DNA from: Desulfovibrio sp. UBA2564
Lineage (GTDB): Bacteria; Desulfobacterota; Desulfovibrionia; Desulfovibrionales; Desulfovibrionaceae
Assembly: GCA_002340305.1 (NCBI GenBank)
Contig: DDLU01000046.1
Coordinates: 1 to 45,813, forward strand
Reading direction: 5' to 3'
Length of the DNA: 45,813 nt
Shown: in pieces, positions 37,296-45,587 of the stretch
How positions within the stretch are numbered: the stretch's first letter is position 1
Layout of the letters: each line of letters starts with the position of its first letter
The notes under the pieces: generated by a model
What the model was told of the DNA's origin: nothing
Seen by the model: only the letters and a program-made list of their open reading frames with translations
Database searches by the model: none
Position numbers and translations under genes: made by a program

Positions 37296-39830
37296 TTATT
37301 GGTTACTTGTTTGATATTCGTAGGAAGCCGAAACCTTATCTGAGGTGATCTTGTGTACCAGCGCGATTACCAAGGCGATGCCCAGGGCCAGTCCATAGAA
37401 TCCCTTCATCATGGTTATACCGTTCGCCCCGATGGCATTGCCCAGTGTGAACACGGAGGAAGCCACACCGAAGCCCACCGCCGTGGGGAAGAAGATGGCA
37501 AAAATCATCCATTTATAAGACCCGGTCTGCACTTTAACCATGATGGTTGCCGCAAGGCAGGGAGGGTAAAGGGCAAAGAAAAGGATAACCGCAAGAGCGT
37601 GCAGGGAATTCATGCCGCTACTCTGACTTTCGTTATCCATTCTCTGTTCAAGAGTCTGGTTGTCATCAGCACCCTGCTGGTAAAGAACACCCATGGTAGC
37701 AACTGAAGACTCACGAGCTGCAAAGGAACTGATCAGCGCGATGTTAACCTTCCAGTCAAAACCTGCATACTTAGTCACCGGCTCAAGGGAACGACCGATC
37801 ATACCGAAGAATGATGTTTTGATTTTCTCTTCCTTAATCTTGCGGCGCAGGGATTTCCTTGAAGAGGAAAGCTTGCGCAGCGCACGGTTCACAACCTTGG
37901 CGGCCTTATCCTTGCGGGGCTTGATCAGGATAAAAGTGGCAGGGTTTGCTTCTTTGAAAGAACTGTCCACACTTGCCGCGCCATCTTTACCGGAGGCATT
38001 CATGCGGGCACGCTTATAGTCATCGTAGAGGTTAAGCAGCGGCAGCATTTTTTCGCCGGTAGCAAGGTCGGCATAGGCATTACCTGCGATCTTTGCATCG
38101 TAGGTTGCAATGGCCTTGTTCATGGAATTCCCGTAGTGATCCATACGCTCATCGGTAAGACCGGGGAACTGCAAAAGAGAGAATACGCAAAGGGAAACCG
38201 CAACAACAATGGAACCTACTTTTTTAATGTATTCCCATGTTCTTTCCAGTGAACGCTGAGCTACGCCGAAGAAAGTAGGAGCATGATAGTTAGGCATCTC
38301 CATAATGAAAGGAGCGGTTTCACGCCCTTTAAGGACTGTTGTGGTCAGAATCTTTGCGATGATCAAAGCCATGATGATGGTAATGGTCGAGATAAAGAAC
38401 ATTGCCCATGACTTGTGCTCTGCAAAGTAGATGTTCACCAGAAGCGTATAAAGCGGGATCTTGGCAAGGCAGTTCATGAAAGGAACGGTCAGAATCGTTG
38501 CCAGCCTTGATCTTTCATCCGGAATACCTTTAGTGGACATAATCCCCGGAACCGCGCAGCCTCCGGCAAAAACACCGCCAAGAATAAACGGGAGCGTCGA
38601 TTGCCCGTGCAGGCCGAAACTGTGAAATATGCGGTCCAGAATAAATGCTATTCGAGCCATATAACCTGAGTCTTCAAGTATTGCGATCAAAGCAAAAAGA
38701 ATCAGGAAAATGGGCACATAGTTAAGCAGTGTGTTGGCACTGTCCACCATCCAAAGAACCATTGACCGCAACAGGGAATCCTCAATCAAGCCTGCCGGGG
38801 GCAGAACTCCGGCAACAAGATCCCTGAACTTGGCAAGAAAAGGCCATGTGTACTTGGTCAGCTCATAACCCTGTACAATGGAAAGTTCATAAATGAGGTA
38901 AACTGTTGCCAACAGAAAGAATGGTGCGAGAGCACGGTTAAGCACCCAGCGGTCAATCCTTTCGGAAACAGGCTGACCGGAATCGGCTTCTTTGGTCACG
39001 CAGGCATCTACAATTTCCCCCGCAACACGGTCACGGCAGGCAACAATATAGTCACTGGTATCAATTCCGGTCTCGTCTTCAAAAGCCTGTCTGCGGGCAA
39101 GAGCATCATCAACAATGATCTTACCCTTAGTATGCTTAGTCTCAACAATCTTAATGGCTTCGGAATCATTTTCCAGAAGCTTAATTGCCAGCCAACGCAG
39201 GGGATACAGAGCGCCAAGGCTGGCATCTGCGGCAAGCTGCTCTTCAAGGGCTTTTGCATGGGTCTCAAGGTCACCGTAGTCGATGACTACGGGGCGGGAA
39301 TAGGACTCCTGATTCACAGCCTTGCGTATGGCTGCTTTAAGTGCCTGTTTGCCCTTACCCTTACGGCCGACTGTGGCGACAACGTCTACACCGAGACGGT
39401 TGGTAAGTTCCTTCAGATCAATGGAAAGGCCCTGACTTGCAGCAACATCCATCATATTCAAAGCGACAGTTACCGGAAAATTCATTTCCAGAACCTGAAA
39501 AGTAAAATACAGACTGCGGCGCAAACAGGTGGCATCCATGACGTTGACAACCACGTCAGGTTTTTCTTCCAGTAAAAACTCGCGGGAAACCCTCTCTTCA
39601 AGAGAGAAGGAAGTCAGACTGTAGGTACCGGGCAGGTCTACTACCTCATACCGGATCTTTCCTTCGCGATAGCTGCCGACCTTTTTATCTACAGTCACGC
39701 CGGGATAGTTTGCCACATGCTGATTGGCCCCGGTGATCATATTATACGTTGTCGATTTACCGGCATTCTGCTGTCCGGCAAGCGCGACGAGAAAGTTATC
39801 TTTCATCGCCTTTTTAGCCTCTGCGCTCAT
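37296..39830 (-). CDS. feoB: Ferrous iron transporter FeoB
   Basis: G-domain GQQNAGKST, NYPGVTVD, DLPGTYSL, NMMD; LEDSGYMAR, GCAVPG, PFMNC; true start ATG 39830 overlapping feoA. Confidence 0.95.
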   Translation of the reverse strand: MSAEAKKAMKDNFLVALAGQQNAGKSTTYNMITGANQHVANYPGVTVDKKVGSYREGKIRYEVVDLPGTYSLTSFSLEERVSREFLLEEKPDVVVNVMDATCLRRSLYFTFQVLEMNFPVTVALNMMDVAASQGLSIDLKELTNRLGVDVVATVGRKGKGKQALKAAIRKAVNQESYSRPVVIDYGDLETHAKALEEQLAADASLGALYPLRWLAIKLLENDSEAIKIVETKHTKGKIIVDDALARRQAFEDETGIDTSDYIVACRDRVAGEIVDACVTKEADSGQPVSERIDRWVLNRALAPFFLLATVYLIYELSIVQGYELTKYTWPFLAKFRDLVAGVLPPAGLIEDSLLRSMVLWMVDSANTLLNYVPIFLILFALIAILEDSGYMARIAFILDRIFHSFGLHGQSTLPFILGGVFAGGCAVPGIMSTKGIPDERSRLATILTVPFMNCLAKIPLYTLLVNIYFAEHKSWAMFFISTITIIMALIIAKILTTTVLKGRETAPFIMEMPNYHAPTFFGVAQRSLERTWEYIKKVGSIVVAVSLCVFSLLQFPGLTDERMDHYGNSMNKAIATYDAKIAGNAYADLATGEKMLPLLNLYDDYKRARMNASGKDGAASVDSSFKEANPATFILIKPRKDKAAKVVNRALRKLSSSRKSLRRKIKEEKIKTSFFGMIGRSLEPVTKYAGFDWKVNIALISSFAARESSVATMGVLYQQGADDNQTLEQRMDNESQSSGMNSLHALAVILFFALYPPCLAATIMVKVQTGSYKWMIFAIFFPTAVGFGVASSVFTLGNAIGANGITMMKGFYGLALGIALVIALVHKITSDKVSASYEYQTSNQ

Positions 39831-40149
39831 CTTCCACCTCAATCTGATATGCTTCAGTACGGCGCAAGGTAACGCAATATCCGGCGACCTTAAGCTCAAG
39901 CGGGCAGCCAAGAGTGGCAACACGAACAACTTCAATTTCCCTACCGGGAACAAAACCCAGATCAAGTAATCTCTGCCTTACTGCCCCACCGGAAAAATGG
40001 CCGCGGATCACTGCCTTTTCACCAATGGGAATATCCAGAAGACTCTTGCCACGCATATGGCAAGGTCTACCCTGCGCCCTTCCGCCTGCACCACGATGCC
40101 TTTTTTTGGAAGCAGGCTCGCGGTTAAAGAAATCAAACTTGTTCAACAT
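39814..40149 (-). CDS. feoA: Ferrous iron transport protein FeoA
   Basis: RQRLLDLGFVPGREIEVVRVATLGCPLEL..LRRTEA; basic N-terminal extension. Confidence 0.92.
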   Translation of the reverse strand: MLNKFDFFNREPASKKRHRGAGGRAQGRPCHMRGKSLLDIPIGEKAVIRGHFSGGAVRQRLLDLGFVPGREIEVVRVATLGCPLELKVAGYCVTLRRTEAYQIEVEDERRG

Positions 40150-40179
40150 ATTAATAGCCTCTCTTTGTCATTCGATTTT

Positions 40180-40229
40180 GCGAATGAATTTCGAAATCAA
40201 TTACTATAGACGCTGATTTTGATTGTCAA
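40180..40229 (-). promoter_or_regulatory. feoA promoter with overlapping degenerate Fur-like boxes
   Basis: Minus strand TTGACAATCAAAATCAG and TTCGAAATTCATTCGCA. Confidence 0.55.
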
Positions 40230-40403
40230 CTAGAAATGCAATTCTCCTCAAAGAGGGGAGCATGTTTTCTAATTAAACATCTAAATTAATTACATTACCA
40301 GATTTATAATTTATTAACCACTATCCATCCTAACCCCAGTCCTGCCCTCTTCCAACGCCAAGACAACTGCTTAAAATAAATATTTTTAATTTCTACTTGA
40401 AAT

Positions 40404-40418
40404 TGAAAACCGTTTTCA
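40404..40418. promoter_or_regulatory. Fur box (perfect 7-1-7)
   Basis: TGAAAAC-C-GTTTTCA upstream of the GGDEF gene. Confidence 0.75.
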
Positions 40419-40530
40419 CTAATCCAAGTAGTGGTTACGGGGTCAATACGACACTTTCCATTCCGGCTAAACCATTATGCATAAAACGTTGGGGATATTC
40501 GGATGGATTCCGTCGGGGAGGAGTATATTA

Positions 40531-41517
40531 ATGTTCAATATATTAAAGAGCAAAATCAAAAATTTTACTAACTACAGCAACCAGAATGGACGAAACAAGC
40601 TCAAGGCAAAATCCTTTGCCGTGGTTTTCCTCATCCTTATTCTGCCGGCAGCCGCTCTACTTATTATAGCGGAATTCGCAGACAAGAACTCTCTTGCGAT
40701 GTATGTCTGCCTCCATTTCAGCTTTTGCATAGCCTTGTGCATGCCCATTGCAAACTGGCTTGAAAACTGGATGGTCAACAGCGAACTTGAAAAAATGAAC
40801 AGCTTCTGCGTCAAACTCAAACAAGGCAAGCTGAACCATCGGCTGGATCTTTATTCCAATAACATCGGAGCTGCCACTGACGAGCTGAGCCGTCTACAGC
40901 AAAACCTGAACTGGCTGGCGCATTCTGTTGCCAAGCGGGAATCAAAGTTCACTGAGTCACTTGCTAAAACTCGCCGTGACAAAGAAAGATTGAATCTGCT
41001 TTCATACACAGACCATCTCACCGGACTGTTCAATAAGCGCTTTTTCGAACTCAAGCTTGTGGAAGCATGCTCAAAATGCATGTCCTGCAACACCCAACTC
41101 CATCTCATGCTCATTGACTGCGACCACTTTAAAGAGGTCAACGACATTTATGGGCATCAGGAGGGCGACAGGGTCCTCGCTGAATTAGGCCAGATCATTA
41201 ACTTATCTGTCCGGACCGGCACTGATTTCCCTTTCCGTTTCGGCGGAGACGAATTTGGTGCAATCCTTGTCGGCGTGGATTCAACCCGCTGCGAAAAAAT
41301 TGCAGAACGTATCCGAACCCGCTTTGCGCAGATCAAGCTTGGCAAAGCCAGTTTGAGCATCGGCATCTCAAGGCTTTGCTGTAATGCAACTGACCCTGAG
41401 ATTGAAGCGGAGTCCTTGGTTAAAAGTGCGGATAAGGCACTCTACTTTGCCAAGAACACCGGACGGGACAAGGTGATCAGTCCCGCCCGGTATAAGGAAA
41501 TTTCAAAAAATATGTGA
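40531..41517 (+). CDS. Membrane diguanylate cyclase (2 TM, HAMP-like, GGDEF)
   Basis: DHLTGLFN, DCDHFKEVNDIYGHQEGD, RFGGDEF, ADKALYFAK; ATG 40531 behind GGAGGAG. Confidence 0.9.
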   Translation: MFNILKSKIKNFTNYSNQNGRNKLKAKSFAVVFLILILPAAALLIIAEFADKNSLAMYVCLHFSFCIALCMPIANWLENWMVNSELEKMNSFCVKLKQGKLNHRLDLYSNNIGAATDELSRLQQNLNWLAHSVAKRESKFTESLAKTRRDKERLNLLSYTDHLTGLFNKRFFELKLVEACSKCMSCNTQLHLMLIDCDHFKEVNDIYGHQEGDRVLAELGQIINLSVRTGTDFPFRFGGDEFGAILVGVDSTRCEKIAERIRTRFAQIKLGKASLSIGISRLCCNATDPEIEAESLVKSADKALYFAKNTGRDKVISPARYKEISKNM

Positions 41518-41533
41518 TCCTTAAACGGGATCA

Positions 41534-41755
41534 CTAACTGGCCATGTCTGCCTTTGCTTCATCTACCAGACGGGCAACTTCGTCCTTGGCGGAACCATAT
41601 TTTCTGGAGGCCCAGCTTCCGGCTTTAACACCGCCTTTCACAGCCTTGGAGACCGCAGGCTTAACACCTCCGGCCTTGTAAATAGCGTATGCTGCAACTC
41701 CAACGGCTGTTGCCGCAGTTGAGACCAGTAAGAATCTTCCGAGATTGAAACTCAT
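41534..41755 (-). CDS. Small single-TM protein, FezA/DUF5132-like
   Basis: Hydrophobic N-terminus, KPAVSKAVKGG...LVDEAKAD amphipathic tail; AAGGAG RBS. Confidence 0.65.
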   Translation of the reverse strand: MSFNLGRFLLVSTAATAVGVAAYAIYKAGGVKPAVSKAVKGGVKAGSWASRKYGSAKDEVARLVDEAKADMAS

Positions 41756-41837
41756 TTTTATTCTCCTTACAAAACCATAATGCGAAATAATTTATTAGCT
41801 GAATATGACATTCGCACAGCAAGGGAAACCCATGCGA

Positions 41838-41854
41838 TTGAGAATTATTTGCAA
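41838..41854. promoter_or_regulatory. Fur-box-like site
   Basis: TTGAGAATTATTTGCAA. Confidence 0.55.
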
Positions 41855-41861
41855 TAAGAAG

Positions 41862-42293
41862 CTATTGTTTACGGCAATCAGGACAGATACCATACAGAAT
41901 CATCTTATGCCTGTGCACTTCAAATTCATGCTTGCAGGCCAGCTTCTCCTGCAACTCTTCGATGCGGTCTTCCATAACTTCAATTCTGCGATTGCAACGA
42001 ATACAAACCAGATGATCATGATGCTCCCGGTCATGACGACACTCAAAGCGGGTTATACCGTCACCGAAGTCCAGGGACTCTGCAATACCGCTCTCGGCAA
42101 TAAGTTTAATAGTGCGATAAACTGTTGCCGGGCTGATAGATGAGTCGCGCTTGCTGACATGCGCATACAACTCTTCACAAGAATGGTGGCCTTGCGTTCC
42201 CAAAAACACCTCCAAAACAATACGTCTTTGTTCAGTAGCAGCCATTTTGTTTTTAGCAAGATACTCCAGGAACTGGTTTTGCGGGCTTGACAT
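41862..42293 (-). CDS. fur: Fur-family transcriptional regulator
   Basis: ATEQRRIVL, HHSCEEL, ISPATVYRT, HHDHLVCIRC, YGICPDC; ATG 42293 behind GGAGGA. Confidence 0.9.
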   Translation of the reverse strand: MSSPQNQFLEYLAKNKMAATEQRRIVLEVFLGTQGHHSCEELYAHVSKRDSSISPATVYRTIKLIAESGIAESLDFGDGITRFECRHDREHHDHLVCIRCNRRIEVMEDRIEELQEKLACKHEFEVHRHKMILYGICPDCRKQ

Positions 42294-42328
42294 CTCTTCC
42301 TCCAATATGTTTTTTGTGAAAATGACAC

Positions 42329-42360
42329 TGATGACTATTATCAAATGAGAACCGATGTCA
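42329..42360. promoter_or_regulatory. Tandem Fur-box-like sites over the fur promoter
   Basis: TGATGAC-T-ATTATCA and TGAGAAC-C-GATGTCA; minus-strand TTGACA overlaps. Confidence 0.6.
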
Positions 42361-42501
42361 AGACATGAGCACCCACTTACTTGCCGAATTTCTGCAATTG
42401 AAACTCAATCATGCTGCTTTCCAAAAAAAAAATCTAAGAGCATTATATACAAACAATGAAAAAAACTGACGGATAACCGTCTAAAATACAGGAGTTTAAA
42501 G

Positions 42502-42849
42502 ATGACCACATCTACAACAACAAGAATTCTTCCCGTAATAGCTGCTTCCGCCGCAGCTACAGGAGCACTTGTCGGAGGGACTGTTGCAGCTGTCCGCTCC
42601 ACCATTGCCGTTAAAGAAGGCAGAATGAACAGTTGTGAGGCAGCAAAAACAATTGCCACTGAATCCGCAGGAACCGGACTTGCCACTGCCGCAGGAGTTG
42701 CAGCAACCGGAATTCTCGGAATAGGTGGACTGACCGGCCTGCTCGGCTTCACTGTTGTAGCCACCGGAGCCAAGATGGTTTGGGATAAAGCTGTTCCCAA
42801 CGCGCTGGACCAATCGCCTAAAAAGGAACTCACCCCCATCACAGAATAG
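42502..42849 (+). CDS. MamC-like Gly/Ala-rich membrane protein
   Basis: GALVGGTVAAVR...EAAK..ATESAGTGLATAAG, GxxxG-rich second TM; AGGAG RBS. Confidence 0.7.
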   Translation: MTTSTTTRILPVIAASAAATGALVGGTVAAVRSTIAVKEGRMNSCEAAKTIATESAGTGLATAAGVAATGILGIGGLTGLLGFTVVATGAKMVWDKAVPNALDQSPKKELTPITE

Positions 42850-42859
42850 TCTGGTTTAA

Positions 42860-42898
42860 AACAGCCCTGATTATCTAGTTCAGCTAATCAGGGCTGTT
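42860..42898. terminator. Hairpin/terminator after MamC-like gene
   Basis: AACAGCCCTGATTA...TAATCAGGGCTGTT. Confidence 0.65.
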
Positions 42899-42950
42899 AT
42901 CAAACGGCTATCAAGCAATGATTTATGCAGACCAGAGATATAAGTTTTCA

Positions 42951-43010
42951 TTGACAAACGTTATCAACGTTTGTAATCCCCTCTCGTACGGCATTGAAAT
43001 TCACTCTCAA
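42951..43010 (+). promoter_or_regulatory. Promoter with two Fur-box-like sites upstream of P-type ATPase
   Basis: TTGACAAACGTTATCAA (42951-42967, contains -35 TTGACA) and TTGAAATTCACTCTCAA (42994-43010). Confidence 0.65.
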
Positions 43011-43060
43011 TGTCAAAAGGATGTCCATCTGAAAAGTCTGTAACAACACAGGACCTTCTC

Positions 43061-45268
43061 GTGAAAACAGAAAAAATATATGCAAGCATAAAGCATTCAA
43101 TACCGGGCAGAATCAGGTTCAAAGTACCGGATCTGCGTAAGAATAAAATTCTTTGCAGCACAGTTGAGCGCAATCTGGAAAAGATTTCCGGGATCACCCG
43201 GACCCGCTCCAACAACAAATGCGCAACACTGGTAATCCGCTACAACCCTGAATTCATCACCCCTGAGCATGTTTTCGAAACGCTGCGGGAAATCGTAGCT
43301 GTGCACACGACCAAAATCTGTCCCATCAAGGATAAAAATGAGTGTGGCTGTCCGCAGGTTAAGGGTGCCCTGCGCTACTTTTCCTTTGTTTCCGCTGTAG
43401 GCGGAGCTGTGTTGGTCAGTGAATCCCTGCTTGGAATCACCGTTGCCCAGACTCTGCTCAGCCCGCTGGGTTTTCTGACCGTTCTGGCTGCGGTACCGCT
43501 GGTCAAAGAGGCTGTCAGCAAACTGCGCGAAAAGAAATTCGGTCTTGAGGGAATTCTCGCCGGAGGCATTGTTGCTGCGGTAATTGCCGGGGAAGCAATG
43601 ACCGCCTTTGAAATTCTCTGGATTAACGCTGGCGCAGAACTGCTTACCGCATGGATCACCGAACGCTCCCGCCGGGCAATTTCCGGCATTCTGGACAACA
43701 CAACCCACCACACCTTCGTTCTTAAAGACGGCGTTGAGGTGGAAGTGGAAATCAACAACCTCCGCAAAGGCGATGTTGTAGTCCTGCATACCGGAGAAAA
43801 AATCTGCATAGACGGTACCATTGTTGACGGTCAGGGATTGATCAACGAAGCCCCCATCACCGGACGGGCCGACTTTATCCACAAGCAGAAAGATGATCAG
43901 GTTTTTGCCGGGACTTTCGTTCGCGAGGGCGTTATATATGTACAGGCCGAAGAGGTAGGCGATAAAACCTATCTGGCCCGTATTCTCCATAAAGTGGAAG
44001 ACTCCCTTGAAAACAAAACTGACATTGAATCCACTGCCGACAAACTTTCAGTAAGGCTGGTCAAAATCGGCTTTGCCTGTACCGTTGGAACCCTGCTGCT
44101 GACCGCTGATCCATGGCGTGCATTCACCGTTCTACTGGTCATGTCCTGCCCCTGCGCAACAGTGCTTTCAGCTTCTACGCCAATCAGTGCTTCCATCAGC
44201 ACCGCCGCAAAGAACAACATTCTTATTAAGGGCGGTCGCTATCTTGAAGAAGTAGGCCGTTGCGACATCGCCTGCTTTGACAAGACCGGAACCCTGACAG
44301 GAAGCGAACCGAGCCTTGAACATGTTCACACTGTTGAAGGTGTCAACGAAAGCGAACTGCTGAACTACGCCTTTTCCGTGGAAACACACAACCACCATCC
44401 GCTGGCCCAGGCTATCAAGTACGAGGCACAGCAGCGCAAACTTGCTCCCCTGCCACATACTGTCTGCGAATATTTCTTAGGCAAAGGAATGCGCGCAGAA
44501 CTTGTTGAAAATAAAAACCATTCTACAGAGATTCTGGTGGGTAACAAAAAACTCGCCGAACAATTTGATGTGCGCATAGGCAGCTTGAGCAGACAGGTTT
44601 CAAACCTCAAACGCAAGGGACTGACTGTCCTCTACGTTATCAAGGACAAGGAACCCATCGGACTGCTGGCTTTTGCCAACACCATCCGCGAAGAATCGGC
44701 AATGGTCCTCAACTCTCTTGGAACAGGTGGGGTTGAACGCACTGTGCTGGTAACAGGTGATGAACCAGCAACCGCCAACGACCTTGCCGAGACTTTATCC
44801 ATCCCGGAAATCCACGCTTCAGCCATGCCTGAAGAAAAGGCCGATCTCGTCCGCGATCTGCAAAGCCAAGGCGGCAAGGTCATGATGGTCGGTGACGGCA
44901 TCAACGACGCACTTGCCCTTGCACAAGCCGATGTAGGTGTTGCCATGGGTACCGGGGGTGCTGAAGTCGCAGTAGAAGCAGCTGATATCGCGCTGGTTGA
45001 TGATGACCTCAAGGGCCTCATGTACGTCCAGCAACTCAGCCAGGACACTACCAGAATTGCCTACCAGAACTTCTGGCTGGCAACAGGTTCAAATATAGCG
45101 GGAGTCATTATGGGTGCCACCGGGGTTCTTTCTCCGGTCATGGCCGGGTTCCTGCACATTCTGCATACCATGGGAGTTATCGCCAACTCATCAAGGCTGC
45201 TCCTGCATTCACCCGAAGCAATCGAATCCAAACAAGGTAAAATTTATGAACTTCCGCAAAATAGTTGA
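43061..45268 (+). CDS. Heavy-metal P1B-type ATPase, non-canonical (ferrosome second-ATPase-like)
   Basis: N-terminal HSIPGRIRF (HMA2), SCPC, DKTGT, HP, TGD, GDGIND; GTG 43061 behind CAGGA preferred over ATG 43010, which overlaps a Fur-like box. Confidence 0.9.
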   Translation: MKTEKIYASIKHSIPGRIRFKVPDLRKNKILCSTVERNLEKISGITRTRSNNKCATLVIRYNPEFITPEHVFETLREIVAVHTTKICPIKDKNECGCPQVKGALRYFSFVSAVGGAVLVSESLLGITVAQTLLSPLGFLTVLAAVPLVKEAVSKLREKKFGLEGILAGGIVAAVIAGEAMTAFEILWINAGAELLTAWITERSRRAISGILDNTTHHTFVLKDGVEVEVEINNLRKGDVVVLHTGEKICIDGTIVDGQGLINEAPITGRADFIHKQKDDQVFAGTFVREGVIYVQAEEVGDKTYLARILHKVEDSLENKTDIESTADKLSVRLVKIGFACTVGTLLLTADPWRAFTVLLVMSCPCATVLSASTPISASISTAAKNNILIKGGRYLEEVGRCDIACFDKTGTLTGSEPSLEHVHTVEGVNESELLNYAFSVETHNHHPLAQAIKYEAQQRKLAPLPHTVCEYFLGKGMRAELVENKNHSTEILVGNKKLAEQFDVRIGSLSRQVSNLKRKGLTVLYVIKDKEPIGLLAFANTIREESAMVLNSLGTGGVERTVLVTGDEPATANDLAETLSIPEIHASAMPEEKADLVRDLQSQGGKVMMVGDGINDALALAQADVGVAMGTGGAEVAVEAADIALVDDDLKGLMYVQQLSQDTTRIAYQNFWLATGSNIAGVIMGATGVLSPVMAGFLHILHTMGVIANSSRLLLHSPEAIESKQGKIYELPQNS

Positions 45269-45560
45269 ACTGGAAAAGTATCTTGATGTGGCCCACCACA
45301 TCCCGGGCCGGATCAGGGTTAAATTCAGCCCGCTGATTTTGACCAAGCCCGTGGCACTTGCGGCAATGAAAGAACATTCCGAAATGCCCGATGCCATCAA
45401 GGATGCACGGGTCAATATGTCTGCCCGATCAGTAGTGATTGAATACGATCCCGAACAGATCCAGCCGGAACTGATCGAAGAACTGATTCAAGGTAAAGAC
45501 CAAGATAAAAAAGCACAAATCGTCTGCGATCTCTACGGCAGACTGATGAATAATTGTTAA
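45246..45560 (+). CDS. Standalone HMA2-domain protein (FezC-like)
   Basis: HHIPGRIRVKF ... RVNMSARSVVIEYDP; ATG 45246 overlaps ATPase 3' end. Confidence 0.8.
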   Translation: MNFRKIVELEKYLDVAHHIPGRIRVKFSPLILTKPVALAAMKEHSEMPDAIKDARVNMSARSVVIEYDPEQIQPELIEELIQGKDQDKKAQIVCDLYGRLMNNC

Positions 45561-45587
45561 ATTCTCTTACTCAGAGGAGTGACTAAA

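Noticed and set aside
39831-39965. N-terminal extension of FeoB in the ORF track
   Set aside because: Overlaps feoA in another frame; ATG 39830 has a good RBS
42502-42849. Magnetosome island
   Set aside because: Only one MamC-like gene; no mamA/B/E/K/M/O/Q in the window
45114-45245. N-terminal extension of the HMA2 ORF
   Set aside because: Lies inside the ATPase coding region; ATG 45246 is the plausible start
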